DNA of 63,758 nucleotides, filler included, from Octopus bimaculoides (GCF_001194135.2; 6 parts of 6 records of this genome joined end to end with filler, not necessarily neighbours in it); one strand, 5' to 3'. Shown: positions 35,501-49,066, counted from the whole stretch's first letter. The notes: generated by a model from the sequence alone, not told the origin. Numbers and translations: made by a program.

Positions 35501-38500
35501 CACTGACCTTGTGTCTATAACTTCTAGGGAAAATGTGTTTTTGAAATTGGCATTCAGTCTAAAATGTTTAGTGAAGCAGTGTTACCAAATTTAAATCATT
35601 GGCCTCATGGCTAAAATCCCTTTAGAAAATGTGTCTAATGATATAAATCACCAGCCTTGGGTCTATAATCTCTAGTCAAAATGTATCTAAAAATTTTAAT
35701 CTTTGGCCTTGGGTCTCAAAGCTCTAATGAACTGCATCTAAAGATTAATATCATTGGCCTTCAGTCTAGAATCACTGGCAAAGCAGTGTCTAAAGATTTA
35801 TATCATGGGTTGGGGTTTAGATCTCTAGTACAGATGCACCTGAATATTTACATGACTGGTCTTGGGCCTAAAATCACAAGTAAAACACAATCAAAAGATT
35901 TAGAACACTGCTTTGGTTCAAAAATCATTAGTTAAACAGCTATAAGTATATCAGGATTGGGTCTAAAATCCTTAGAGGAGAAGCATCTAAAGATATAGAT
36001 TACTGGGCTTGGGTCTAAAATCTTTAGTGTAGCAATGTCTAAAGATTGAGATTACTGGCCTTAGGTCTGAAATATCAAGTGTAGCTGTGCAAAAATTCAG
36101 ATCACTAATCAGGTGTCTAAAATCTCTAATGAAGCAAGGTTTACAGATTTATATCACTGGCCTTGGGGCCAAACTCTCAAGTGAATTAGTGTCAATCCAT
36201 TTTGAATTCTGGTCTTGGGTCTAAAATCTAGTCTCTTTACTCAAGATTTTAGATTAGTGGACTTTGGTCTAAAATCTTGAGTGAAGATGAATCTTAAGAT
36301 TTAAATCACTGGTCTTGGGTCTAACATCTCTAATGAAGCAATGTCTAAAGATTTAGATCACTGGCCTTTGGTCTAAAATTTCTAGCAAAAATGTGTCTAA
36401 GAATTTTGATCACTGGCCTTGGGTCTACAATTTGTAGTGAAGTGCATCTAAAGATTTACATCACTGGCCTTGGGTCTAAAATCACTAGCAAAGCAGTGTC
36501 AAAAGATTTAGACCTCTAGTATTGGGTATAATGTCACTGGAGATGTAATTTTAGATGACTGTCCTTGAATATAAAATTTCGAGACAAGCAGTGTTTAAAG
36601 ATTTTGATCACTGGCCTTGTGTCTAAATTATCTAGTGATTTCTATCACAGTCCTGGGTCTAACATCTCCAGAGAAAATGAGTCTAAAAATATAATGCACA
36701 ATCAGTGATCTAAATCTTTAGAAATTTTGGACCAAAGTTATCTGAATTTTTAGATACATCTTCATTGAAGATTTTAGACCCAAGGCCAGCACTCTAAATC
36801 TTCAGACACATTTTCTCTAGAGATTTAAGTATCAAAACCGATCTTGTAAATCTTTAGATATATATTCACGAAACACTTTGGAGCCAAGGCCAGTGATCTA
36901 AACATTCAGACACTGTTTCACTAGAGATTTCAGAACCCATATAAGTGAACTATATCTTTAAACACATTTTTTCTAAAGATTTTACACCTTAGGTCAGTAA
37001 TATGAATCTTTAGACACTGCTTCACTAAAGATTTTAGACATGAGGCCACTAATGTATAACTTTGGGTATGTCTTCACAAGAGATTTTAGACCTAAGGCCA
37101 GTGGTATAAAATTTTAGAGACATCTTCACCAGAGATCTTTATCTTTAGATATATTTCTCTAGACTCAAGGCCAGTGATATAAACCTTTAGACACTACTTC
37201 ACTAAGGATTTTAGACACAAGGCTGGTGATTGAAATTTTTAGTCACTGCTTCACATGTGGTCTTAAACTCATGGCGACTGATGTAAATTTTAAGATACAT
37301 CTTCTCTAGTGATTTTAGCCTCAAGGCCAGCAATGTAAACGTTTATACAAACTTCACAGGGGATTTGAGAACCAACGTCGGTGATTAAAATATCTAGAAA
37401 CAAGGCCAGTGATCAAAATAATTAGACATTGCTTCACTACAGACTTTAGGCACAAGACTAGTGATCTAAATATTCATACTTTGCTTTACTAATAATTCTA
37501 GACACTAGTGATCAAAATCTTTACACACTGCCTCACTTGATACTTTAATTTACCAGACATTGCGGAGCTGAGATGCATAATCTTAATCTTTAGAAACAGC
37601 TTCAATAGAGATTTTAGACCCAAAGACATTTATAAAAATCTTTTGATACATGTGAACTAGACATTGTTAACTCAAAGCCAGTGATATAAATCTTAAAGCA
37701 TTGCTTCATCAGAGATTTTCATTCCAAGGCCAGCGATGTTAATTTTTAGACACAGTTTCACTAACAAATTTAGACCCAGTTTCACTAAAGGTTTTAGATC
37801 CAAAGCCAGTGACCTATATTTTTAGATATATATTCACTAGACATTTTGGATCCAAGGCCAGTGAAAAACATCTTTAGATATTGTTTTACTAGAGATTTCA
37901 GCTCCCAGGCCAGTGATCTAAATCTTTAAACATTCCTTCAGTGGAGATTTTAGACTGAAGCCTAATGATATAAATAGTCAGTCCCAAGGTCTGCGATATA
38001 AATCTTTAGATATATTTGCACAAGAGATTCCAGACCCAAGGCCAGTGACCTGTATCTTTAGATACATTTTGTTTGTGGATTTCAGATGCAAGGACAGTGA
38101 TTTGACAATTTATATCACTAGCCTTGGGTGTGATATCGCTCATGAAACAATTTCTAAGGATTTATATCACTGGCCTTCGGTCTAAAATCCTGAGAGATTT
38201 CAGTTTCTCTACCAGCGGTCTTGGATTTAAATCTCTCCTGAAGCAGTGCCTAAAGATTTATATCACAGGTTTTGGGCCCAAAATATCTGGTGAATATGCA
38301 TCTAAAGATCAGACCACTGTCCTTGCATTTAAAATCACTAAACAAAATGTGTCTGAAGATATCGATCCTTAGCCTTGTGTATAAAATATGTTGTGAAGCA
38401 GTATCTCTAGATTTATATCACTTGCCTTGGGTCTAAAATCTTTAGTTAAGCAGTGTATAAAATCACAAGTGAAGCTGTGCCTAAAGATTGAGATCACTGG

Positions 38501-40074
38501 CCTTGTGTCCAAAATGTGTAGTGAAGATGCCTCTAATGATTTAGATCACTGGCTTTGTGCTTAAAATCTCTTGTGAAGCTGTGTCTAAAAATTTTTATCC
38601 TTGGCCTTGGGTTTAAAATCACATATAAAGCAGTATCTAAAGATCTATATCATTGGCTTTTGGTGTTAAGACTCTAGTGAAGACACATCTAAATATTTAG
38701 ATCACTGGCCTAGGGTCTAAAATCACTAGCAAAGTAGTGTCTAAAGAGTCATATCACTGGCTTTGCATTCAAACTGTCTTGTGAAGATGCACCTAAAGGT
38801 TGTTCAGCTCACTGGCCTTGGGCCTAAAATTTGTGGTGAAGGTGAATCTAATGATTTTGATCACTGGTCATGGGTCTAAAGTGTCCATGGAAGATGTGTC
38901 TAACGTTTTATATCAGTGGCCTTAGGTCGAAAGTCACGAGTGAAGCTGAGTCTAAAGATTTTTGTCTCTGGTCTTGTAACCAAAACATCTCATGAAGCTG
39001 TGTCTAAAATGTACATATCTGGCCTTGGTTCTAAAATCTCTTGAGAAATAGTTTCTAAAGATTTAGATCATTGGCCTTAGTACCAAAATGTCTAGTGAAG
39101 ATGTATCTAAAGATTTAAACCACTGGCCTTGGGTCTAAAATCTCTAGTGAAGTGGTGTCTAAAGATTTCTATCAGTGGACTTGAGTCTAAAATCTCTAGA
39201 GATAATGTTTCTAAAGGCAGAGATTATTGCCCTTGGTTCAAAAATCTCTAGTGAAGCAATGTCTAAACATTTAGATTGCTGGCCCTGGGTCTAAAATCTC
39301 ATGTAAAGCAGTGTCTACAGAGTTCACTCACTGGTTGTGGGTCTAAGATCTTTAGAGAAAATGCAGCTAGAAGATTTAGACCACTCACTTTGGGTATAAA
39401 ATTTCTAGTAAATATTTATATCACTGGCCATGTTCTAATATCTGTAGTGAAGCAATGTCTACAGATTGCAATGTCTGCAGAACCCAGAACGTAAAATCAG
39501 AAGAAATACCGCTACGCATTTTTTCCAGAGTGGTAATGATTCTCCCTGCTCACCGCCTAATATACATGCCTGAATATTAAGATCCAGTTCCTGGCTGATA
39601 AAATGCAGATGAGACAGCTTGTAAATGTTATAATCATTGATTTAAGGAATAAAATCAATAATTCGACTCCATCGCAAAATTCAGATCACTGCTTCTACTA
39701 CTTTCGATTTGAGAAATTGCAATCAGAACTGTCTCTAAAGATTTAGGTTACTAGATTTCACTTTTAAGCCTAAAATGTTCGACTTCCGTTGAATCTAAAA
39801 TCCAAATGAGACTGTGTCTTAATCATTAACTAAATACTTAGATCGGTGAATGAAAACCTTATATTCTTAGTGTGGCAGAAACTAAATATACAGATTAATC
39901 GCTTTCAGGCTAAAATATTCATGAATCTACATCTAAATCGTTAAATCACTGTCCTTAATACTTAAATTTCATACAGCTATTAAAGATTTATATCATTGAT
40001 CCGAGGTCTAAAATCACTTGTGAAACTGTGCAACTGGCCTTGGATCTATAATCAATATTGATATCAAATTTTGA

Positions 40075-40262
40075 CACAATGCCTTCAAGTTTGGCAGAGG
40101 AGTAAGTTGATTACATTAACCCCAGTGGTACTTATTTTATCGACCCTGAAAGGATGAAAGTCAAGGTCGACCCCGGTGGAATTTGAACTCAGAACATAAA
40201 GGCGGACGAAATGTTGCTAAGCATTTTGCCCGGCATACTAGCGATTCTGCCAGCACGCTGCC
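40075..40262 (-). mobile_element. SINE family B, near full length
   Basis: Minus strand ggcagcgtgctggcagaatcgctag...gttctgagttcaaattccacc (A/B-box-like head) and family 3' part. Confidence 0.9.
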
Positions 40263-40358
40263 TTATCTCCAATCAATATCATTATTGTATTTCAAAAATC
40301 AGGTTATCGATTTGAGATCTCAAAATACCCTAGGGTAACAAGTGCAAATTATGTGTAC

Positions 40359-40517
40359 AGGAGTGGTTGTGTGATAAGAAGCTTGCTTCCCAACCACATG
40401 GTTCCAGGTTCAGTCCCACTGTGTGGCACCTTGAGTAAGTGTTTTCTACTATAGCCTCAGGCCGACCAAAGCCTTGTGGATGAATTTGGTAGACGGAAAC
40501 TGAAAGGAAGCTCGTCG

Positions 40518-40550
<33 letters not shown>

Positions 40551-40770
40551 ACATGGATGTATTTGTGTGTCTGTCCTTATCCCCCTACTACCGCTTGACA
40601 ACCGGTGTTGGTGTGTCTACGTCCCCTTAAATTAGCAGTTTGGTAAAAGAGACTGATAGAATAAGTACTAGACTTACAAAGAATAAGTCCTGGGGTCGAT
40701 TTCTTTGACTAAAGGTGATGCTCCAGCATGGCCGCAGTCAAATGACTGAAACAAGTGAAAGATAAAAGAT
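40359..40770 (+). mobile_element. SINE family A, full length, with internal (TG)n
   Basis: tRNA-like head gagtggttgtgtgataagaagcttgct...ggttcagtccc; 3' end cagtcaaatgactgaaacaagtgaaagataaaagat. Confidence 0.92.
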
Positions 40771-40929
40771 GAAAGCTACAAAGTCTAAAGACAGAGATCA
40801 TTAGCTTCTTGTATTAAATAGCCAGTGAGACTATGATTAAAATACTTAGCGAAGTGGCTTAGTTCTAAGATATCTTGTGACAATGTATAAAGATTTCAGT
40901 TTGTGTTTTGAGGTTCAAAATACCTGAGT

Positions 40930-41000
40930 ACGTAGCCCAGTGGTTTTACTGCTGGACTCAGGATCGAAAGGTCGGTGGTTTGATTCTTGGACAGAGCAGA
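40930..41000 (+). mobile_element. tRNA-derived SINE head fragment
   Basis: tagcccagtgg (A-box-like) and ggtttgattc (B-box-like). Confidence 0.5.
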
Positions 41001-41109
41001 ACTGAAATGAAGACAGTTCATGTCTTATTGTTGCAGTCCACTCTGATGAAAAATGCATTGTGGTTACTAGAATGAGGCGCCTCGTAACTCAATTTTTATT
41101 TAATTATAT

Positions 41110-41660
41110 ATTGTCTCTGATCAGTGATTGTTATTTCTTGTTTGCTTCTATCTGGAAAGCAAAGGAAATGACTACTATTCCCTTCAAACTTTGCTTTTTG
41201 TGATCTGGACATCGATGTTTTGAAACTAACCTATTTTTCATTACATTTCAGATAGATTCATCACTAAATTGCTGAAGTAGAAATATCGCTCCATACTACA
41301 GAGTTGTTTTGTTGTCTTTGGTCGGTAAGTGTTATTTCTTACTTGCTTCTATCTAAAAATCAAAGGAAATGACAACTATTCCCTTCAGACTTTGCTTTTG
41401 TAACCTGGACATCAATGTTTTGAAACTAACCTATTTTCAGCTACATTTCAGATAGATTCAGCTCTGAGTTGCTGAAGCAAAAATATCGTTATAGCAAATA
41501 TTCTACTCAATACCATTGATTTGTTGGTCGGCTGCTTAATGTTAACCACTTGAGCATGTCCCACAGTGGCTGACGGTATGTGCATGTCTGATCATGAGCA
41601 GGAATGGTGAGGAGCATCATAGCCATGTGTTGAGAGGGCTTGTTTGTGGTTTGAATAAAT
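41110..41660 (+). repeat. Dispersed family D copy with internal ~201-bp tandem duplication
   Basis: gttatttctt.tt.gcttcta...aaaggaaatgac at 41130 and 41331; inverted homolog at 58790-59100. Confidence 0.85.
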
Positions 41661-41787
41661 GGAACTAAAGAAAAGTTTGAAGGAAATATTAACTATGTTT
41701 CATATTTTCTAAGGATAAGCAATAGGAAATAACTTAAATGTCGTATTTAGATTACTCACATTAAGTATCTAATATTTAGATAGACTA

Positions 41788-41880
41788 AGGCGGCAAAATG
41801 GCAGAATCGTTAGCACACCGGGCAAAATGCTTAGCGGCATTCCGTCTGTCAACATGCTCTGTGTTGAAATTCTGTCTCCC
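41788..41880 (+). mobile_element. SINE family B 5' fragment
   Basis: ggcggcaaaatggcagaatcgttagcacaccgggcaaaatgcttagcggcatt. Confidence 0.85.
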
Positions 41881-42639
41881 CGTTAGTAATATAAACAAGA
41901 GCGCATTTTGCACCAAAAGTCAATATGAGAGTTTCTCTCATGGCAACTACCGCAGTACAGTTTGTCTTAACAGAACATCCGCGTTTAAGTGGGTATAAAT
42001 ATTATCTCTCAGTGTATAAAGGGCTTAGATCACTAGCATTAAGTTTATATCCCTAGTCAAAGTCTGTTCAAATATTTTTGATCATTGACTGAGGTTTTAA
42101 ATCTTTTATGACACTGTGTCTAAATCATTTAATCGCCAGCCTTTAGTTTGAAATCGTCTGTGACATTCTGTCTAATGATTTACGACATTCATAAACGAGT
42201 GTGTCTATAGAATAAGATCACTTGTCTGAGTTTTAATATCTCTAATGAGGCAACGTGTAAATATTGAATTTTAAAATCAATAATGAGATTGAGGCTAAAT
42301 AAGTCAATCACTGGTTCTGTGTCAAAGATCTCTTGTCAGAAAGGCTGTTGAAATTTATGTCATTGATCTTCAGTCACAAATACTTACTCTGTATGTAAAT
42401 ATTTTCTTTATTGATCTGCGTGCCTCAAATTCTACTGAAGCTTTTCCTGGATGTAAACTTTCAGGTAAGCTTAACTGCTTGAACCATTCACTGGATTAAA
42501 AATATCTCAGCTGTATCTTAATCTTTAAATCGTTGAGCTTAAGAGTGACTGTCATTAAAGATTTAGCACACTGGACCAAGATTAAAATATGTCATATGAT
42601 TCAGACAACTGATATAACATCTAAACCCACGGTGAGACA

Positions 42640-43010
42640 CTATGAATTGCAAGATGTCTCAAATCGTTATCGAGATTTTGGTAGAAGAATTGAATGACTC
42701 CGAAAGAGTCTTTGGAGTAACTCTACTCAATAGAGTACGTAGCTGGGAGATCAAAGAGGCGCTCCAGATTGAATCGCTACTTCTCCAAATTAAGAGATTA
42801 CAGCTCCGACATGTGGTAAGAATACCTTGGGTAAGAATCGCTGGACAAGTTTTACGGGAAAAAGCAATCGGCAGGAGACCCAGGAGTAGACTACAAGCAA
42901 GATAATTGGATAGCATTCATGATCTCCATTGGTCTCACTTGGAGATCCAGCTGGGTCAATTGGAGACGGTCGTTTCTGACAGTACCAGATAGAATGCATG
43001 CTTGAGGACT
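42640..43010 (+). mobile_element. RTE-like LINE 3' ORF fragment inserted in the satellite
   Basis: RVFGVTLLNRVRSWEIKEALQIESLLLQIKRLQLRHVVR...GRRPRSRLQAR. Confidence 0.8.
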
Positions 43011-44264
43011 TTGCCCCACGACCTTCTCAAAAATAAGAGAGCGAAAAATATGAGATGAGATGGGAGTTAAATGACCAGCCAGTAAATTACCAGCTTGTAA
43101 ATCTTTAGGTCATTGAACTTAAATCTCAGATTTCATTGACACAATGTCTAAATTCTTAGATTACCGTCCTAACGTCTCAAGTTTAAGTGACTCAGTATGA
43201 AATCCATTTATTAATGGCCTTAAAGCTCAAATCTCAATAATACAATATATTTATATAACTGGTGTACTGGTCTAAAGTTTGATATATTAATGACATGATA
43301 TGTAAATCCTTCGATCCTGGCCTTAAATCGAAAACATTGTTGGCTCAGTCTTTAAATTACAACATCATTCCCTTCACATCTCAGATTTAAATGACAATAT
43401 GCTAAACTTTAGATCAACGGTTTAAGTCTCAAATATCACTGACAGACTTTATAAACCATTAGAACGCAGGCTTTAATTTTCAAATATTAGTTATGCATTA
43501 TCTAAATCCTTGATTTAAGGGTTTTAAGTCTCAGAGCTTAATTATATGGAATGTAAATCGCTAAATCACAGGCCTTGAGTTGCAAACTTCAATGTCGTGC
43601 TATCTAAAGATCGCTGGTCGTACATCTCAACTTTAAATGTTGCAGTAAAACTTAAGATTACTGGCTTTGAGTCTAAGATCTCATCGACAGACTGCATAAT
43701 TGATTTGAACACAGGCTTTGGATCTCAAATATTAATGCCACAGAATCTAAATCATTGGTTCGCCGGAGTTAAGTCTCAAATCTCACTAAACGAAAGCCAC
43801 AGGCCTTGAACCGTAAACTTCAATGTCACGTTATCTAAATGTTTAGAATGCTGACAGTACGTTTCAAATTTAAATGACACATTATGTAACCGTTTAGATA
43901 ACTGGCCTCAATTCTGAAACTTCTATGAACTACTATGTACATAATTAGATCTACATTCAACGACACATTATTTAAAATTATTAGATCAGTAGCATCTAGT
44001 CTTAGTAATTTAGTCATTAAGCTTAACAGTCAATTTTAGTGACACTATATGTAAATCACTGACACTAAACCGGAAATCTCGATGTTATGCAATACAAATA
44101 TTTAGATCACTGGTCTTAAATCTCAAAGGTCATTGACATACTATATAGATCCTCAGATCAATGATCCCACAGCTCAATTCTAAGTTTCTAAACCCTTTTA
44201 TTACAGGCCTATTTTTCAATCGGTTGTGCAGGGGTAGTGTTCAGGAAAATGAACAAGATCTGGG

Positions 44265-44570
44265 GCCAGCACTCCGATTATAACTAGCACTCCATCGATT
44301 ACGACGTCGAGGGTTCCAGTTGATCCGATCAACGGAACAGTCTGCTCATGAAATTAACATAGTTCTCAGGGAGATTCAGTGTGATGCAGAATGTGACGAG
44401 GCTGGCCCTTTTGAATTACAGGTACTACTCATTTTTGCCAGCTGAGTAGACTGGAGCAATACGAAATAAAGTGTCTTGCTCAAGAACACAACGCTCCGCC
44501 GGCAATCGAACTTACGACCTTACTATCGTGGGCCGAGTACCTAACCACTGAGGCACACGCCTTCACTTCA
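44265..44570 (-). mobile_element. tRNA-derived SINE (third family)
   Basis: Minus-strand head gtgaaggcgtgtgcctcagtggttaggtactcggccc...gtaagttcgattgcc then gttgtgttcttgagcaagacactttatttcgt core. Confidence 0.85.
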
Positions 44571-47500
44571 CAGTGGGGCATACATTTTTCTGGAAAGTTA
44601 TAGTGGAGCCTGGGGTGGGGTATAGCTTGGGAAACATTGCTCTAGAGAATGTAAATTTACAGCACGTAAATTTTGAGATTACAGTTGTTTATATCAAACC
44701 TCGGCAACACAATATCTAAATCTTTCGCTTTTTGGCCTTAAGTCTCAAATCTTATTGACACAACCTCTTGATATCACTTTTGATATCACTGGTCTTAAGT
44801 CTGAAATGTAACTGATACAATATAGAAATATTAAGATTGCTGGCCTTCTCTCGCAAATGATAAAGACAGTTTGTAAATTCACGAGCCCCAAGTGTCAAAT
44901 CTCACTGAAGCATTCTGTAAATAATTAGATTATTGGTCTTAATTCCCAAATATTAATTCATAGTTACTAAACCATCATTAGCTAACTGGCCCCCAGCCAT
45001 CAGTCACAATGACATCTCAGCTAATTTCTTGGATCACTGGCCTTACATCTCAAAACTTACTGTCCTAGTATGTAAATCATTAGCTCACATGCATCTATCG
45101 CAAACGTCAATGTCACATTATCTAAATATTTAGATCGCTAGTCGCTCAAATCTCAGTGTCACAATACCTAACTTTATAGACCAAGAGCTTTAATTCTCAA
45201 ATATGTATGACACGCTGTGCAAATACTTAGATCACTGACTTTAAGCCTCAAATCTGATTGACAAACTATCTAAATCCATAGATTATAAGCTTTAAGTCAG
45301 TCACTGAAAAGCTATTTAAATCATTAGATCACATGTCTTAAGTCTTAAATCCCAATGAGTCACTATCAAATTCATTAGTCATAGGATTTAAAAATTTAAA
45401 TTACTTCTCTTATGTAGAAAGTCCACTTCACATGGCATGTAAATCTTTACCTTACAGGTGTTATAACACAAATATTATTAACCTGGTCTCTAAATTTATA
45501 AACACAGAACACTGGTCTTGAGCTTCAAACCTCACTGACACAATACCTAAATCACTAGACTTAAGTCTCAAATTTAACAGACACTGTTCAAATGTTTCAA
45601 TTACAAAGCATAATTCAGAAATCCCATTAGATCATCACACTTAAGTCTTAGATCTGACACTGCTTAGATCACAAGGCTTAATTCACAAACCTTTGTGACA
45701 TGTTATCTAAACCAATTGATCACTAACCATAAATCTCAACTCTTCACGATTCAATATGTAAATATTTACATCAGTGACGTTATGATTCAAAACTCACTAA
45801 CACGGTATGTAAATCTTTAAATTACTGGTCTTAACTCGTAAATCTCAGTGACAGAGAAAGTACAGATTTTGATCACTGTCCTTAAGTCCCAAATCAATAT
45901 GACAAAATATTCAAATCTTTAGATCCATGGCCTTTGTTCTTCAATATTAATGATAGGGGATCCTTGGATTATTGGCTTTAAGTCTAAAATCTCATGGATA
46001 CAGTATATGCATGATTAGATCACTGGTGTTAAGTCTAAAATCCCACTGACGCAACATGTAAAACCGTAGACTACGGGTCTTACGGCTCACATCTCACTGA
46101 CACAACATAAAGTTCTGAAGAACAGCCTTTAATTCTCAAATATTAACGACATATGTAAATTTTGGATGCTAGGCATAAAGTCTAAAATCCCACTGACTGC
46201 TCATATTTCTATGACTACGTACCTAAATCACAAGACAACAAGGGTAACGTCTCAAATCTCAGTGAAAGAGTACCTTAATCACAAAACTAAAATAAGTACC
46301 AGGCGAGCACTGGGGACGATACAATCGACTTATACTCTCTCACAAAATTGCTGGTCTTGTGCCAAAATTTGTGACCAATATATTGTATGTGTGTACGAGG
46401 GGGTGTTGAAAAGTCATCTGTCGATCATCTTTCTTAATTCTCAAGTCACTCGAGTGTCTGTTTTGTACGATTTACATCACTAGCCTGAGGTCTAAGATCC
46501 CTATTGAGAAATTTGTATACAAATAATTACCTCATTGGCCTGGCGCTTCAAAATCCGTGCAAGATTATAGTTAAAGATTTAGTTCCTTGTTTTTATAGTA
46601 GAAATCTTACGTGAAACCTCATCTAATGCTTTAGTTCACATGTCTTGAACCTTGAGTCAGTCGGGTGACTGTCTAAATCCTTTGATTAGTCAAAGTACTC
46701 AAATCCATAATGAAACTGTCCAAAGATATACCCTAAAATTTGAAATACCTAGTGTGACTGTGTTTAAAGACTTAGCTCACAAGCCTCAGGTCTAAAATCA
46801 TCCGTGAGTCTGTGTCTGAATATTTAAATCATCGGTCTAAGGACTGAAATCACTCGTCTGATGACTGAAACAAGCAAAAGATAAAAGACAAAAGATATTT
46901 AGGTCACTGGCTTTAAGTCTCAAATTCTTTGTGTCTGATATTTTGTTTCTTAAGTCTACTGCCTCAAACCGATATAGTCAACAGAGAGTTGTTGTTAATA
47001 TTTACTTCAGGTCAAATATTGTGGCCTAAGTAATGAAGAACAAATCTAGTGGGAAATTCTTTATAAATTGTCTTTATACAGATGACATCTCTGAATAATT
47101 TATTATTTTATTTCTTTCGCTGATGAAATCCGAATAAGTCCGAAACATGTGTGATGTATTTTCCTTTTCCAAAAGAAATGGGGGGGGGGGAATATATTAG
47201 GTTCTGTTATTTTCCTCAGCACATATATACTGCACTGCCAAGACCAGATTCCCTGCCTTTAATATGCACCTTGCGTTTTTTAAAAATTAATTTGAATTGA
47301 TTCATATTTCGATGTTATCTAGTCTGCTTTTCTTGACCAGAATTATTAAGCTAATGATATTTTTTCTATTATTTCTTGGCTTACAATCTAGCAAATGTCA
47401 TTGATTAGCCGTAGGTATTTAGTGAAGCTGTGATGGGTTTTTTCCAAACAAAATTTGAAGATTACACTTTTTGAGCCACTCCTTCACAAACTGTTGAGCA

Positions 47501-48168
47501 TCAAACTGGTTAACAAACTTTTCAGTCATTCATTCAATCAGTCACACATCAATTCGGTATTTTATCCAGCGTTGTTTCCATTGATGGAAGCATTCCTAGA
47601 ACTCCTTTTGAAGGATAACGAGCAGCTGCCTCGTCGCTAAGTTTTGCCAATGAGGTCATAGCAAGAGAAAAACCTAGGCTGGGTTCTCTATCGTGCATAT
47701 GTAAATGTGTAAATAATATTTCACTAATGTTGTAATTCTTCATCGTATAATTATTTCTGTTTAGTTCTATAATACTCTCTCTCTATAAAATATATTGACA
47801 CTAACATAACTAACATTTTCATGGTAAATGTTTGCTGGTTTGAAAGCATTCAGCGATCTAACGAGTCATCAACAGCTAAGCAGTCAACCATTAAGTGTTT
47901 CAACTTTTCTAATTACGTTTGTCATTAACTTAAACCAAACAGTTCTTAAGTAGCTTCATCAGCGTTCATTCAACCGACATGGCAGACCTCCTCATTCGTT
48001 GCGCTGTTCCTGCGGAGAGAGGAGACAGCTTTCATACAACCCTGACTAATACATACATACCTACATGTATATATATATATTATATATATTTATGTATGTA
48101 TATGTATATATTTATATATATATTTATATATATATGCATATATATATGTATATATTATATATATATAT

Positions 48169-48216
<48 letters not shown>

Positions 48217-48247
48217 GTATATATATAAATGTGTGTGTGTGTAGATA

Positions 48248-48286
<39 letters not shown>

Positions 48287-48299
48287 TTATATATATATA

Positions 48300-49035
48300 C
48301 TCCTTCCTCTCTTTTGTCCAATCCTTCCACCCTGCCCTCGAATTCTCCTGTACTATTTCCAACACTTCCGTCGCATTTCTCGACATTTCGGTCAACACAC
48401 ACAACTCCGCTCTCACTACCTCCATCCACTACAAACACAAAGAATCACGCTCATACCTTAATTTCTCCTCCTCTCACCCTACCCACACCAAGCTCTCCAT
48501 CCCCTGCTCCCAATTCCCCCGTCTGCGCAGGCTCTGCAGTGACAACCTTAACTTTGAGATTCAGACTCAACTCATTTTCCGAGTCTTCCGGCGACTCCAG
48601 TCCAACTTCGCACATCTTTCCCAAACTACCCTTTCCTCCTTCAAACGAGCCCACAACCTGTGTGACCTCCTGGTCCACAGTTTCTTCCTTAACCCCACCT
48701 CCCAACCTGGTTCGTTCCCTTGCTCCCGCCCACGCTGGCGCACTTGCTCCTACCTCTCCAACACCACCATTCTCACAGGCACCCATCATCGTCCCTATCA
48801 TATCACCGACTCCTTTACATGCACTTCTAGCAACGTCATTTACTGCATCTCCTGCACTTTCTGCCCCTCTCTGTATATCGGTCAAACGGGACGCCACTTG
48901 GCTGGCCAGTTCATGGAGCACCTCTGAGACATCAGACTCGGCAATGACACTCCGGTCAGGAGAGGTAGAAAGAAGGGGATCGTCAAACTAACACACCTGC
49001 TTGTTGTTCCTACACCTGTCTTCGTCTTTAATTTT

Positions 49036-49050
<15 letters not shown>
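48300..49050 (+). mobile_element. Penelope-like element fragment: RT thumb region and GIY-YIG endonuclease, followed by terminal-repeat remnant
   Basis: ORF 48229-48927: FLDISV...HYK...YLNFSSSHP..TK.SIP..Q..RLRRLCS and NVIYCISCTFCPSLYIGQTGRHL..QF.EHL. Confidence 0.92.

Positions 49051-49066
<16 letters not shown>

Larger units (their letters stand above)
22101..46940. repeat. 52-bp satellite field, approximate consensus gaa(a/g)ctgtgtctaaagatttagatcactggccttgggtctaaaatctctagt, with subfamilies, orientation switches and TE insertions
   Basis: gaaactg anchors at 22107, 22159, 22211, 22263, 22315 give an exact 52-bp period; tctaaa.atttagatcactgg motif recognisable to ~46.9 kb. Confidence 0.95.

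Noticed and set aside
22101-46940. Satellite as CRISPR array or as coding repeat (ORFs 34415, 35681, 38124, 39276, 43597, 46166)
   Set aside because: Contiguous diverged monomers without unique spacers or cas genes, in eukaryotic context; 52 is not a multiple of 3 and frames are closed by frequent stops
48314-48991. Overlapping 225-aa (+) and 156-aa (-) ORFs
   Set aside because: Alternative and antisense frames of the C-rich Penelope RT/GIY-YIG sequence
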